Assembly (NCBI RefSeq): GCF_006345805.1
Contig: NC_042997.1
Location: forward strand, 64,728,001-64,792,000
Direction: 5' to 3'
DNA length: 64,000 nt
Origin: Octopus sinensis
Lineage: Eukaryota
Shown in pieces: positions 52,681 to 64,000 of the stretch (positions within the stretch are counted from its first letter, which is position 1; the number at the start of each line of letters is the position of its first letter). The position numbers were made by a program, and so were the translations under genes. The notes below the pieces were generated by a model. The model ran no database searches. It was not told where the DNA came from and saw only the letters and a program-made list of their open reading frames with translations.

Positions 52681-55104
52681 AAATAACATAGGATGTATAT
52701 TATATCAGCCACTTCTGCGTCAAATGTTTCACTTCTCTCTGTTGATAAAGCGGGTTTTCTAATGTATTATCTGTCCGCAAGAAAAACTTAATATAACAAA
52801 TTAAATGTCATTTAATAATGGGGTAAATCACTTATATAGAGAATTATCCAATTATTGTTGTTCCCTCTTCAAACGAAATAATAAGTACAAAAATATAACG
52901 TGTCTGTTATTCATAAAATTTGTGCAATTATGATTTTTACTGACATATTCCTTAACAAACTTTCAATAACATACATTGTATAGCGAATTTTGTTTAATGA
53001 TATATGATTTACTCGATACAGCTATCAACGTAAATAACAGTCACTAAACTGACTCTGTTAAACAACAGATAAGTTCTACCCTATGGCGTTTGCCAATGTT
53101 AAAATGAATTCATATAATTATATTTTATGAGGCGGAAGAATATATCAATATTTACACGCTATATGAGGATTTTTTCTAAATTCAATTCTTCGATTGATAT
53201 ATATTCTTACACTGAAATGTTGTACAAAATGTTATTGAGGTTATCTACATATGTGGCTGTATTGAATGCTGAGGGTAATTGTCGTTTCGCAAAACAAAAC
53301 AAAAAGTATTTTATAGAGAAGATTTTATTCCAAATAATATCTATTTAGAACCTAACTGTATTTCTAGATCTACAATCTAATTCTATCTATCATATTCTTG
53401 TTATGTTCAAGTGTGCAATATAAAATCGATTTAGTAACATTTAAATTCAAATGTGTGTGTATAAACGCAATTGACCTGTCACTCTAATGTATTTAAGATC
53501 ACGATATTTGGTTGAAGTCTTCAATTAAATAACATTAAGTTTGACAAGCGGCATGAGGTGAAAGAGTCTACACGCTTCTCTTCATCAGAATCTAGAATCA
53601 TCTTAGTTTATATACTTTCTAACGTGTCTTCTCTTACATGATATATTTTCGTTAATAACTATAGTAATGTTCGCTGGTAAAATACATTTTCTTCACTCCA
53701 CACGCCTTTAAAATACATATTACAAATAACATTTCCTTATATATCTATTATATAATAACCGTAAATATTAATTCTCTGTATTTCTGATTTACATAACGAC
53801 TTGAATATTAATTTAATACACTTTCTGTAGACACTGACAAAATCCTCACGATCTACTGTAGCCGATGCATCTAATTTTGCAATTCTATTATTATATAGAT
53901 ATATCGGATATGTTCGACTATAGCGGAACTATAGTTTCATCATTAAATGATTGTGAAATAGCTTTAAATGTTCCCAAACGTATTACTTTAAACAGTTTAC
54001 AAATAATGATAGTAGCAAACATTATACTTCCTGCAATTATACGTATCGGTATTGAATAAAGCATCAATCTTATCTCGTACAGCGCTGGTACAGAAATAGA
54101 AAAATGCTTATCAGCATTTATTCTTGAGTACTACGGGCACAAATGAGAAAAGTCAGTCACGACGTGATCTTCGAGAAGTGTGCCCTATGCATATGTGTAC
54201 GTGTATGCATGTGTGTGCATGCGTACTCATGTTTGTGTGTGTTTGTGCATATATTCTTATAAGTATTATTATAAGTGAACGGAACAAACACTGGTTTTCT
54301 CCGGGACGTGATTAGTATAGTGACGTTAGTGACACAGTTGATGCCAATAGATATTGCGGTAGCAAATATCTAGATTTATTGATAGATTTACGTGATGAAA
54401 ATTTACATCACACATGTTACTTATACAAATAAAACAGACACGTATATATTAAGACATTCATATTCAGGCACGTAACTCTAATAAATATTCGGCTTCTTGA
54501 TACATCGCTATTTTGTCGCCAACCGCATGCTTGATATCCTATCAGTTCTATATACATTTCACAAAGTCATACATTGCGGCTGAAACAATTCCATTTATAT
54601 TCACTGCTGAAAATATTTGTAGTATATTTAATGATTTTACCATGCCATATGATTGATTCCAAATAACTTATCTATTAAAAACCGCATCACTTTTGCGGTT
54701 GTTACACATAATACACAAATAGAGAAAATAGATTTATTACCAACAAGTAGCGTTTTATCTTCGTTAATTACCATGGCACAACTACTTTTTGCATTTATAC
54801 AATTGTAAAAAAAAAACATACTAAGAATAAAAATAGGTTTTAAAAAATCGACGTTATGGCGTTTCTATATGATCACGACATGCACTATAGTCTTCTGTAC
54901 TCTTTCAATAGCAATTTACCGACATAGAATGATACTAGTTTCCTCGGATTTTAATGTTTTACAATTTCAGGAATCGTTAAGACTTCAAAATTTAGATTGT
55001 CGAAAAGAAAAGAAAATTATTTGGTGTAGTGTTCATGACACTATTTGAAAGAACTAAAATATAATTAGGAGATTATCAAAAGAAAATGCAATTAAAATCA
55101 TTAA

Positions 55105-55107
<3 letters not shown>

Positions 55108-55170
<63 letters not shown>

Positions 55171-55245
55171 GCATATATGTATATATGTGTGTATATATGC
55201 ATGCATGTATATGTGTGTGTACACATACACACACAAACACATGCA

Positions 55246-55288
<43 letters not shown>

Positions 55289-55325
55289 GTTTGTATGTAT
55301 GTATGTATGTATGTATGTATGTATG
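55108..55325. repeat. (TA)n/(TG)n/(TATG)n compound microsatellite
   Basis: Directly visible. Confidence 0.95.
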
Positions 55326-56804
55326 TGCTTGCAATATTTCCAACTTCTGAAATTGAACGCGAATTTTCTTTGTTTTTAAATTTAGGATTTTTCAAATTTG
55401 TTATTTCTATTTGCAGTATTTGCTATTGACTATACAAGTGAATTCATGTTTTTATATTATTTTCTCGACTGACACAAAGCGTGGAATCCTACATAAATGT
55501 CTTACAGACATTCATTTGTACTAATAACATTTCTCCAATATTATATTAGCCTCAAATAGAAGATTTCTTTGTAGTTTAATGCTTTATTAGATAGCCACAT
55601 AAATCAAATCACTGACCTACTGTTGCCCTTTAGGTTCTTCCTTGGCTTTTTTATATCTTTTTGCTGAACGACGATCGATGAAAGCCAATCAATATTGTAC
55701 AATAACCTTCTTATTTTTTGTTGGCCAATTTTGATTTATTCATTGGTTAAAAACATTCAAAGAAAAAATATATAGCCTTAATCAAGGCAACACTTACAAT
55801 TAGGAAAGAGATGTTAAAAATTATATTACTTCCAGAGAAGAAGGAAAAAAGTAATGGCTATAAACAACAGAAAAATAGCGTGCGAAATAATCGAAGACTT
55901 TGCTATGGCTCCAACAATCACCATGCTATGTGGCTTAAATTTGTAAGTATTCATTAAATCAAATAATTGTGAATAGGAGTACAAAATTTATGTGTTTCTT
56001 TTCAAATTAAAACAATCATTGCCAATTTAATTGCAAGAAAATATATTTAAAAATGAACTAATAATGTCGTAGCAATTGTTAAGTATGCGGTATTTAGTAG
56101 GTTCAATGTGATAAAATAATCAGAAAAAAATTATAATTATATATTTGCAAATATATATAACAGCTTCATTTCAGAAACAAAGAATGTAACAAGTCATTGA
56201 TTTATTTGTGTGTTATATATTTTAAATACCATGTTAATATCCAAATAAAAGTTTTGTCATGAACATAATTGATTGCTTGTGCTTCATTTGTACTCTAGTG
56301 TAGTAACTACAGGAAGGCCGACAAGGTTGGCTTTAAGGCCGCTCAAAATAGGAATAGATGAGTTATTGAAGTTAATTGGTTTTATTCCAAGCAACTTATT
56401 CCTTTAACTGCACGTTCACCTGAGATTTATTCACCTTGCAATTTTTTCTGCATTTATTGTAGCGATATTTAAATAGAGCTAATATTATAGCTTATTAAAA
56501 GAAAATGCTTCTGCTCGTTCTTTATATACTTTCCTTAGGAAAGCTTTAAAAATTTGCATTCACATTTTCTAACTTAGTGAGTCAATCATTTAAAAGTGTC
56601 AATCACACTACACTTATCCATAAATATATTCCATCCACGTGTTAATTTATTACATCCACGTGTTAATAGCCGATAATAAGATTCATATTCTACATAATAG
56701 AATATTTGTATCATACGAGGAGAGATTGTTGAAATATAATACCCATAATACTTTGCAGCTATCGAGTATTCTAAGCATATGTAGTTGTCCACTGACTAAA
56801 ATGA

Positions 56805-57245
56805 TATACTTCATTAATTGACACGTGGATAAAAGACAATCATGTTCCCAACACTATCAGGATCATACATCTACCCTCGTGTTTCCGCAGCCTTGCCCTT
56901 CGACGATCACAGAAATACATACATACGTACATCATCAGAAATATCATACACGAACTACACCAACAACTACATGAGCACATACGCAAGTTCTCTGAAATAA
57001 TATCCAGAATGACGCCTACCATTGAAAATACATACCGAAGAACTACCGCAGCTATTGAACAATGCTATCACCACTGCGTTGACCAAGAGAAGAAATGCCT
57101 CAAACTTAAATTCCAGTGGCTTTGTAGCAAATACCGACGCAACTCGGCCTATTACACCGATACAGATGAACAGGACACGTTCAGGACACGTTCATCGACC
57201 GAAATAACAAAATTATCGATAATAAGAAAGGGTAAAATTAATTAA
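56805..57245 (+). pseudogene. Open frame of 146 codons resembling a PLE N-terminal domain
   Basis: Stop-free frame YTSLIDTWIKDNHVPNTIRIIHLP...CLKLKFQWL...; the NHVP motif resembles the NNVV region of the PLE at ~5555. The family call is pattern-based only. Confidence 0.45.
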
Positions 57246-57900
57246 TCAATTAATAATTAATAATTTTACCAAGTAGTTCGGTATGTAAAAAGAGCCATTA
57301 TCGGTAATCTTATATAATCATATACAATCAGTAATCTGTATTAATATTGAAATATAATTCACTCCCTGATAATAAACTGCAGTTTCTGCCGAATTATTCG
57401 TGGCAAACGTGTGTGATTGAGGAAGAATGCGAGATCTCATTCGTCTGCTTGAATTCGGAAGTACTCGTTTTTGGCGATATGCTGCTCGATGTCGCTTGGC
57501 CGAGTACGTATGTTAATTATCAGCGCTTTCAAATTTCAAATTGAAATGCTATACTGAAGGCGGGAGTAAGTGAGTAGAAATAGGATTTTACATCTCTTTA
57601 GATCCCTTAAACATAGAAACGCGTATATAGTTAATCAAAGCCGGCTGGATTCATTATTTCTTCACTTTGCCTGCGTCAGTTGAGAGTATTGCTGTCTGGG
57701 AGATATCGTTTGGTGGTGAAATAGTATTTAACTGTTGTATCTAAATTTCGGTATATGGTGAAGCAATTTTTGCTGAACCCTAATTATAATTATGCCTATA
57801 ATTATAGAGTTGTTATATAAGATTACCGATAATGGTTCTTTCAACATACCAAACTACTTGGTAAAATTATTATTTATTAATTGATTAATTAATTTTACCC
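57230..57900. repeat. 88-bp inverted repeat pair (83/88 identical) enclosing ~495 bp
   Basis: 57230-57317 vs the reverse complement of 57813-57900; the right arm abuts (TA)n. Confidence 0.92.
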
Positions 57901-57902
57901 AT

Positions 57903-57955
<53 letters not shown>

Positions 57956-57962
57956 TATATAT

Positions 57963-58022
<60 letters not shown>

Positions 58023-60964
58023 CATATAAACATATATACGTATATACATTTATGTCATCTATAATATGAATCCCGTTCTGTGGCGGGGATAAAAGAATAT
58101 AATGGCCATATTTTTCAACTGATTTTATCCAAACTGGGAACATATCGCACTTATGTTCCAGAGATGTTTTTAGACTCTTAAAAGTTTTCACATACATAGT
58201 AACGGGCCCCTTGGAGGCAGAAAATTCCCGTTCTTGGTTTACGTGGAGGAGGGAGGTAACACTTTGCGAAGTAACTTTCAGAAATTGATTGTCTCCTTTA
58301 TATCCATTGGTCAAAATTTATCACAATCTCATCTAATATATAAAATAGAGATGTGTGTGTATTCGTTTCTCACACGTATCTCTATCTCTCTATAACTCTC
58401 TAACTATATTTCTCCATCCATCTCTATCTCTATATCTATCTATCTTTCTGTATTTATCTGTCTATATTTTACGTATCTTATTTGTCGAACTAGGTAGCTT
58501 TCTCTCTCCCATTTTCTCTATATCTCACTCACTCTCTATTCAAACGCTATTTCATCTTTCAAACGCTATTGTTTTCATTGTAAGTTTTCAATTGCTATTG
58601 ACAAACACCAACGACAAATTACTGACAGAAATATGTTCACATATTACTGGCGAAAGAAAGTAATTTCTTACATAATTTAGAGACAGAAGTAATTTCATAA
58701 ATTTCGCTTCAATCCGTATATTTCGTTAAATTTGCCTAGAAATTTCTTACTTTTGCAACGCTTATCATTTTTTTTTTTTTTTTGTCGGTATTACTGACAA
58801 AAATAAGTTCATAATTTACTGACAGAATTAACTTCAAAAATTTCACTTTAATCCGTACACTAAGATAATTTCCCTAAAAATGTCTTATTTACCTTTGCAA
58901 CGGTTTCGTTTATTATATCTAAAACCTTATGATGCTTTGAAAAGCACATAATTAATTTTTTTTCTTTTAGAAATGTAGATCTTTGGAATTCTCCTCCTCT
59001 TAAGTAATTTTGGAACATTGAAGGTATAATTCACGTGTACAACTTGAAAGTATGAAAAGAGAATGGCAACCTTTCATTTAAGTAACTGGTAATTGTTTAT
59101 ATTTATTTCCTTTATTAATGTTTTTTTAAACAGTTGTGTAATATCCTATACATATACACACATACATACAACTATATACACATATTTTTGATTTATTTAT
59201 ATTTATATATACCTTATGTGAATACGTACTTATTTATTTTACTCGTTGTATCTTCACTCATACTGTAATTTTATAATACTTTTCACCTTCATATATTCGT
59301 TCTTTGTTCCTACTTTTTTTCTGATTGTCTCCCCTACCACGGGCTAGTTTTTGAGTACGGTAACTATCTTGATTACATCGGCCGGTCTTGTGTGATCGAT
59401 GTTTTTCTTTGTTAAGTTCTCTTGGGATTCTCGCTGCTTGTATGTACATTTTTACTTTAACATTGTAACTTTTCTTAAACATATTCTTGCCTAACAATTT
59501 TTAGCCTCATGTAAAAAAAATATATATATAATTTTTCGTTTTTCAATTTTAATATGTATATGTATAATTCTCTATGGTTTTTTCTACTAGTCCACCTGTT
59601 ATGTTATATACTACTATACATACATGACCCTGTTTATTATACTTTGTCTCAACATGTTCCCATTTTAAAATAAAATGTTGTTTTTTTATTCTTATTTTTT
59701 ATGGTATAGTTTTTACCGCACATATAGACGTGTATAAACACTGATATATCTGCCGTTTTTCTCTTTCCTCTCTCTTACTATTATTATTACTGTTATTTGT
59801 TTCCCATTTTACAACTTTACTCCACTTGTTTTCTCCCTTATTGTATCTTATCTTACTTTATTTTATTAAACTATTTTTGATGTCCTTACAAAAATTATTC
59901 TCATTGATAAAAATGACAATGCATGAATTTAATTATAATTACTATGATCAAATTTTTTTCCTTACATATTTGTATTGTTTTTTGAAACGTGCGTATATTT
60001 TGAATCTTATTATGAAAGAAATAAGAATTCTGGATCACGAAAATTCCAAATATAATGGGGATCAAGCGAATTTCTAAAATGAAACAATTTCAATCGAGGG
60101 ACAGGATTATAGAATTATAAATCAACGTAAAATCAAACGAAGTTCACAACTAAAGTGCCGGGTCACACTCGTTATGTGAGTACGCTGATTTTGTTTCTGT
60201 CACTCCTGCAATAGTTCAAGATATCATTTGAAGTAATTTGAATACCGCATCACATGGCAATGTTATCGATTACTTCGATATATTTTGGTATTCATACGTG
60301 CTTTGATCTGACAACCAAACCAAAACTGAATATATAACTATGTTTGCTTATAAATGCTTTAATATAGAAACGCTCCAATATCAAAACTTCCTGCTGATTA
60401 CACACTTTTTTTAATATTTAAATACTTTTTTAAAATAACAATTGGTGAAATGAAGAAAATATAACATTTTTAAAGAAATCAATTAGTCAGTCATATAATC
60501 CATTTATAGTTTTAATTTAGCACCATCGTAAATCACGTACATACTTGGAATTTGATACATTACTGTATCGCAAAACTGAACATTTTAAAACAGCACTCAC
60601 TTGGACAAAATCTTTTAAATTTTTCTTGTGTTTTTATTATCATTTTTCTTTTGAATATGTGGTGTACATAATCCACCGCTGATCTCCTGAACTCACTCTT
60701 AATAGCCACCGCAGCCTTTCTATATCTTAATGGATACGTATTAGAAGAATTTGTAAGTCAAATAAAGAAATATATAAAAAGAGAATAAAGCAAAGTAGTA
60801 TACTTATAATATATTTTTTTAAATACCCTATATTTACACTTACTAGGCACTCTCAACAACATAGATTCAGTTGCAGTTCAAACTGGAGTCTTAGTGGTAA
60901 ACCACAGTAATCGTAGTACATGCCTGTTACTTTAAATGAGTTGACGAATCTTCCTTACATATTC

Positions 60965-61023
<59 letters not shown>

Positions 61024-61199
61024 GTCATTGATTATGACTATAGTGTTAGAAACTCTTACATTGCTAGAGATAAAAGCTGAAATGTTTTAATATTATAATT
61101 AAAGCACATAATTGTATACATATATAGTGACAGGGAGTGTCAGACCTTCCCAAGGCACTGGGAGGTAAATAAACCTTACCCTTCTCTATTTAACTTGCC

Positions 61200-61900
61200 A
61201 ACATGGCCACACTAAGAGCAGGATTTTAAACGTTCCAGGCCTAGGGTCACCCTGGAAGCAGTGGCGCTTGCTCAGCTCTCTAGAATTGGATATAATTGCT
61301 CTGAATGAGATCAGGATTTCCAATTCACGGGCATTGTCCATCATATTCGTCGACTACCAGATCTTTGCATCTGTTACTCGGTCGGGAATATAGGGTGGAG
61401 TACCAGTAGCGACGAGATTTCCCTTATTGCCAGTATGGACTTGACCAAACGCTTAGTGTGATCTAGATCGAATATAGATAGGATTTTCACTAGGAAAATA
61501 GATAGTAATAGTGTACGATATCCACTTTTCAAACGGTCGCCTATTCAGAACCTAAGTTTGTAATCTGTACGATCGACCTAAAGAAGACGCGTAGGTTAGG
61601 ACTGGAGTCAACTAAGGCGCAAACTCTACGAAACGAGGGAATAAAAGGTGTTCGACGTGCCCGCGTGTCGGATGTGCAGCGTGGTAACAAAACCACAATC
61701 CAGTTTTTAACGGACCGAAACGGATGTGTGAGTCCTTTTGCCAGCACTTTGCTCGGTTATTCGGAGGAAGTGGCAGGGCAGAGATGTTGGTGAACTACAG
61801 TCACTACCTCGATGGCTGACGCCGAACGTTGTGAAACGCAGATAACTTCAAGCTGCCCATGTCGGCTCTACAGGGCACAAGTCACACCGTTTAGATCGTC
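61200..61900 (+). mobile_element. Decayed APE endonuclease region of a LINE (RTE-like)
   Basis: NVPGLG...LELDIIALNEIR (NVxxL...DIxxLxEtR), DYQIF, GGVPVA, in the expected order; many stops. Confidence 0.55.
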
Positions 61901-61982
61901 TACCCTATGACTTGTTGTCTCTTGAGGTCTCTGGGTGAGACTTGGAGCCAACTTGTACAAATACAAAGCAAAAGTCAAACAT

Positions 61983-61984
<2 letters not shown>

Positions 61985-62031
<47 letters not shown>

Positions 62032-62160
62032 CAACAACAATAATAATAATAGTAGTAAGAAGAAGAAGAAAAGAAGAAGAAGAAGAAGAAGAAGAAGAAG
62101 AAGAAAAGAAGAAGAAGAAGAAGAAGAAGAAGAGAAGAAGAAGAAGAAGAAGAAGAAGAT
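61985..62160. repeat. (AAT)n(AAC)n(AGT)n(AAG)n compound array
   Basis: Directly visible. Confidence 0.97.
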
Positions 62161-62500
62161 AGACTGTCCTGATGACAATAGTATCAAAGAGAAAGAATTA
62201 AAGCTGAACAACTAGTTCAAGTGGAAAATACGAAGGTTGTGGACAATGGGGAGAATAGACGTGACACCAATTCTAATTGGCGTATTTGGAAATATCAGTA
62301 CTCACCTACCAGCATGGCTCAAAAAGATTAGTACAAATGTAAGAATAGAAAACCTACCAGAAACAGCATTACTTGGAACTAGATGAACTCTTCGTAGGCT
62401 TCTTGAAGCATAACCAGGAAACAGGTGTCACCTTAGTCTGATGGCTGTGGACAGCTGACAGCAAAATAAGCCGACAGTATATTCAAATACTACAATTTAC
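62158..62500 (+). mobile_element. R4/Dong-type LINE 3' end (restriction-like endonuclease C-terminus plus 3' UTR)
   Basis: IDCPDDNSIKEKE...EIRRLW...VTPILIGVFG...TALLGT..LRRLLEA*; followed by a (TAC)n(TAA)n tail. Confidence 0.8.
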
Positions 62501-62524
62501 TACTACTACTACTACTACTACTAC

Positions 62525-62590
<66 letters not shown>

Positions 62591-62607
62591 CAACAACAAT
62601 GATAATA
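62500..62607. repeat. (TAC)n(TAA)n(CAA)n array
   Basis: Directly visible; separates two LINE fragments. Confidence 0.97.
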
Positions 62608-63591
62608 ATGCATGTTTTGACTATAGTGAGGCATTTGATAGTGTCCCACATAGCTGGATTTTAAAGATATTGAATATATTCAAGATCTCAACAACAAAAA
62701 ATAAATGTTCGTATGTGTCAGAGAACATCGAAATAGATCGTGGAATATTTTTGGTTGATTCACTCTCTCTTTCTTTCATTCCCTTGTCCCACAAGCTGAA
62801 TATAACAAACTACGGTTACAAAATGTTTGACAATATCATCTTACTCTTGCTCTACATGGACGATCTGAAGTTATATGCAAAAGATGAGAAGGATCTGAAT
62901 GGGCTACTAGCAACTTTAAAAAAACTCAGTGATGATATCATTATAGAATTTAGCCTCAGCAGGTGTGCAAAAACTTCGTTCAAACGTGGTAAACTGACAT
63001 CTAACACCATGACCTTACTTGATCATGATACATCAATCAAGGACCTGGACGAAGAAGACTTCTATAAGTATCTTGAGATGGAAGAAGGGAAAGGGATTCC
63101 ACATGGATTAATGAGAGAGATGATCAGGAGAGAGTATTATCGACGTGTCAGGATGGTGCTAAATACTGAGCTGAACTCTCAGAATAGAATTACAGCTACA
63201 AGCTTCCTTGAGATACCAGTTGTCCAGTATAGCCTTAATGCCATCAATTGGAATCTGAGTAATCTCAAGCGTATGGACATACAGACCAAGAAACTGCTGA
63301 CACTAAGCAGGATACACCACCCAAAACCAGACGTTCACAGGCACTTTCTCCCACGAAAGGAAGGTAGTAGAAGTCTAATCCAGCTTGAAGCGTCCTATAA
63401 AACGACAGCGATGGGACTTTTATTGTACATCCAAAGTAACACTGTGTCGATGATACAGCTGGTAAGGTAAACGAGTAAGAAACTGCTTTCAATCTCAAAG
63501 GAAGCATATAAATACAGACACTAGCTTTATCTCCCTGATTATAATGATGATGATCATCATGATGACGACGACGACGATGAAAATGATGATA

Positions 63592-63623
<32 letters not shown>

Positions 63624-64000
63624 AAGGAGGAGGAGGATGTCACACCATCCACTAAGGCAGCAAAACTGTATAACAAAAGCCAAGCAGGAAAGCTTGAAGG
63701 AAATATCAAGATTGTAGGGAGAAAAAACAATGCATGGGCAATATACCAAGGGAGCTGGGGAATTTGTGGTAGATGTTAGAAAAATTCATCAGTGGTTGCA
63801 AAGTGTTTGTTTGAAAGCCGAAATAGAAGTATTCATCTTATCAACAAAAGTCCCGAGTGTCCTCACCCGGAACAATCAAGCTAGTGTCACACACAATGAG
63901 GTAGATACAAAGTGTAGACTCTGAAACGACAAACTTGTGAGTATTGACCACATTGTTATCGGTTGTTCAGAATATAAAACCAGGCATGATCGAGCTGCCC
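62608..64000 (+). mobile_element. R4/Dong-type LINE, RT through CCHC knuckle (runs off the window)
   Basis: DYSEAFDSVPHSWIL, RGIFLVDSLS (for GIFQGDSLS), YMDDLKLY, EFSLSRCA, YKYL, IHHPKPDVHR.FLPRKEG, MHGQY, CRL*....IDHIVIGC..YKTRHD; a (GAT)n expansion at ~63540-63640. Confidence 0.9.

Noticed and set aside
53540-53600. Minus-strand CTGATGA with an AGAG/CTCT stem
   Set aside because: Followed by TTCA rather than GAAA; not a hammerhead.
57360-57405. CTGATAA...AAACTGCAGTTT...GAAT inside the 88-bp inverted repeat
   Set aside because: Two core mismatches and no convincing stem III.
58617-58905. Degenerate ~130-170-bp tandem duplication (TTACTGACA...AATCCGTA...TTTGCAACG)
   Set aside because: Old, low-identity local duplication with no further structure.
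61985-62607. Regularly spaced repeats as a possible CRISPR-like array
   Set aside because: Simple trinucleotide tracts; no repeat-spacer architecture here or elsewhere in the window.

Overview
AT-rich, repeat-dominated eukaryotic DNA with no identifiable host gene. The SINE families and very dense (TA)n/(CA)n/(GATA)n microsatellites point to an Octopus-like cephalopod intron or intergenic region (inferred from recalled repeat families, not a database hit). Nearly all ORFs in the supplied track are microsatellite translation artefacts. Real coding remnants are all retroelement-derived: a near-full-length decayed Penelope-like element (RT + Cys linker + GIY-YIG, 2335-5585, minus), two further Penelope-like fragments, three RTE-type LINE fragments plus an APE fragment, and two stacked R4/Dong-type LINE fragments at the right end. 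There are also about a dozen tRNA-derived SINE pieces, a non-autonomous Helitron and several MITE/foldback elements. The most notable unexplained signal is a set of four sequence-unrelated minimal type I hammerhead ribozyme (HHR) motifs. The best one (48219-48266) lies inside a 477-bp unit with a near-identical 132-bp terminal redundancy embedded in (TA)n, the layout expected of a retrozyme-like or Penelope pLTR insertion. All alignments and folds were done by eye; element boundaries are approximate.
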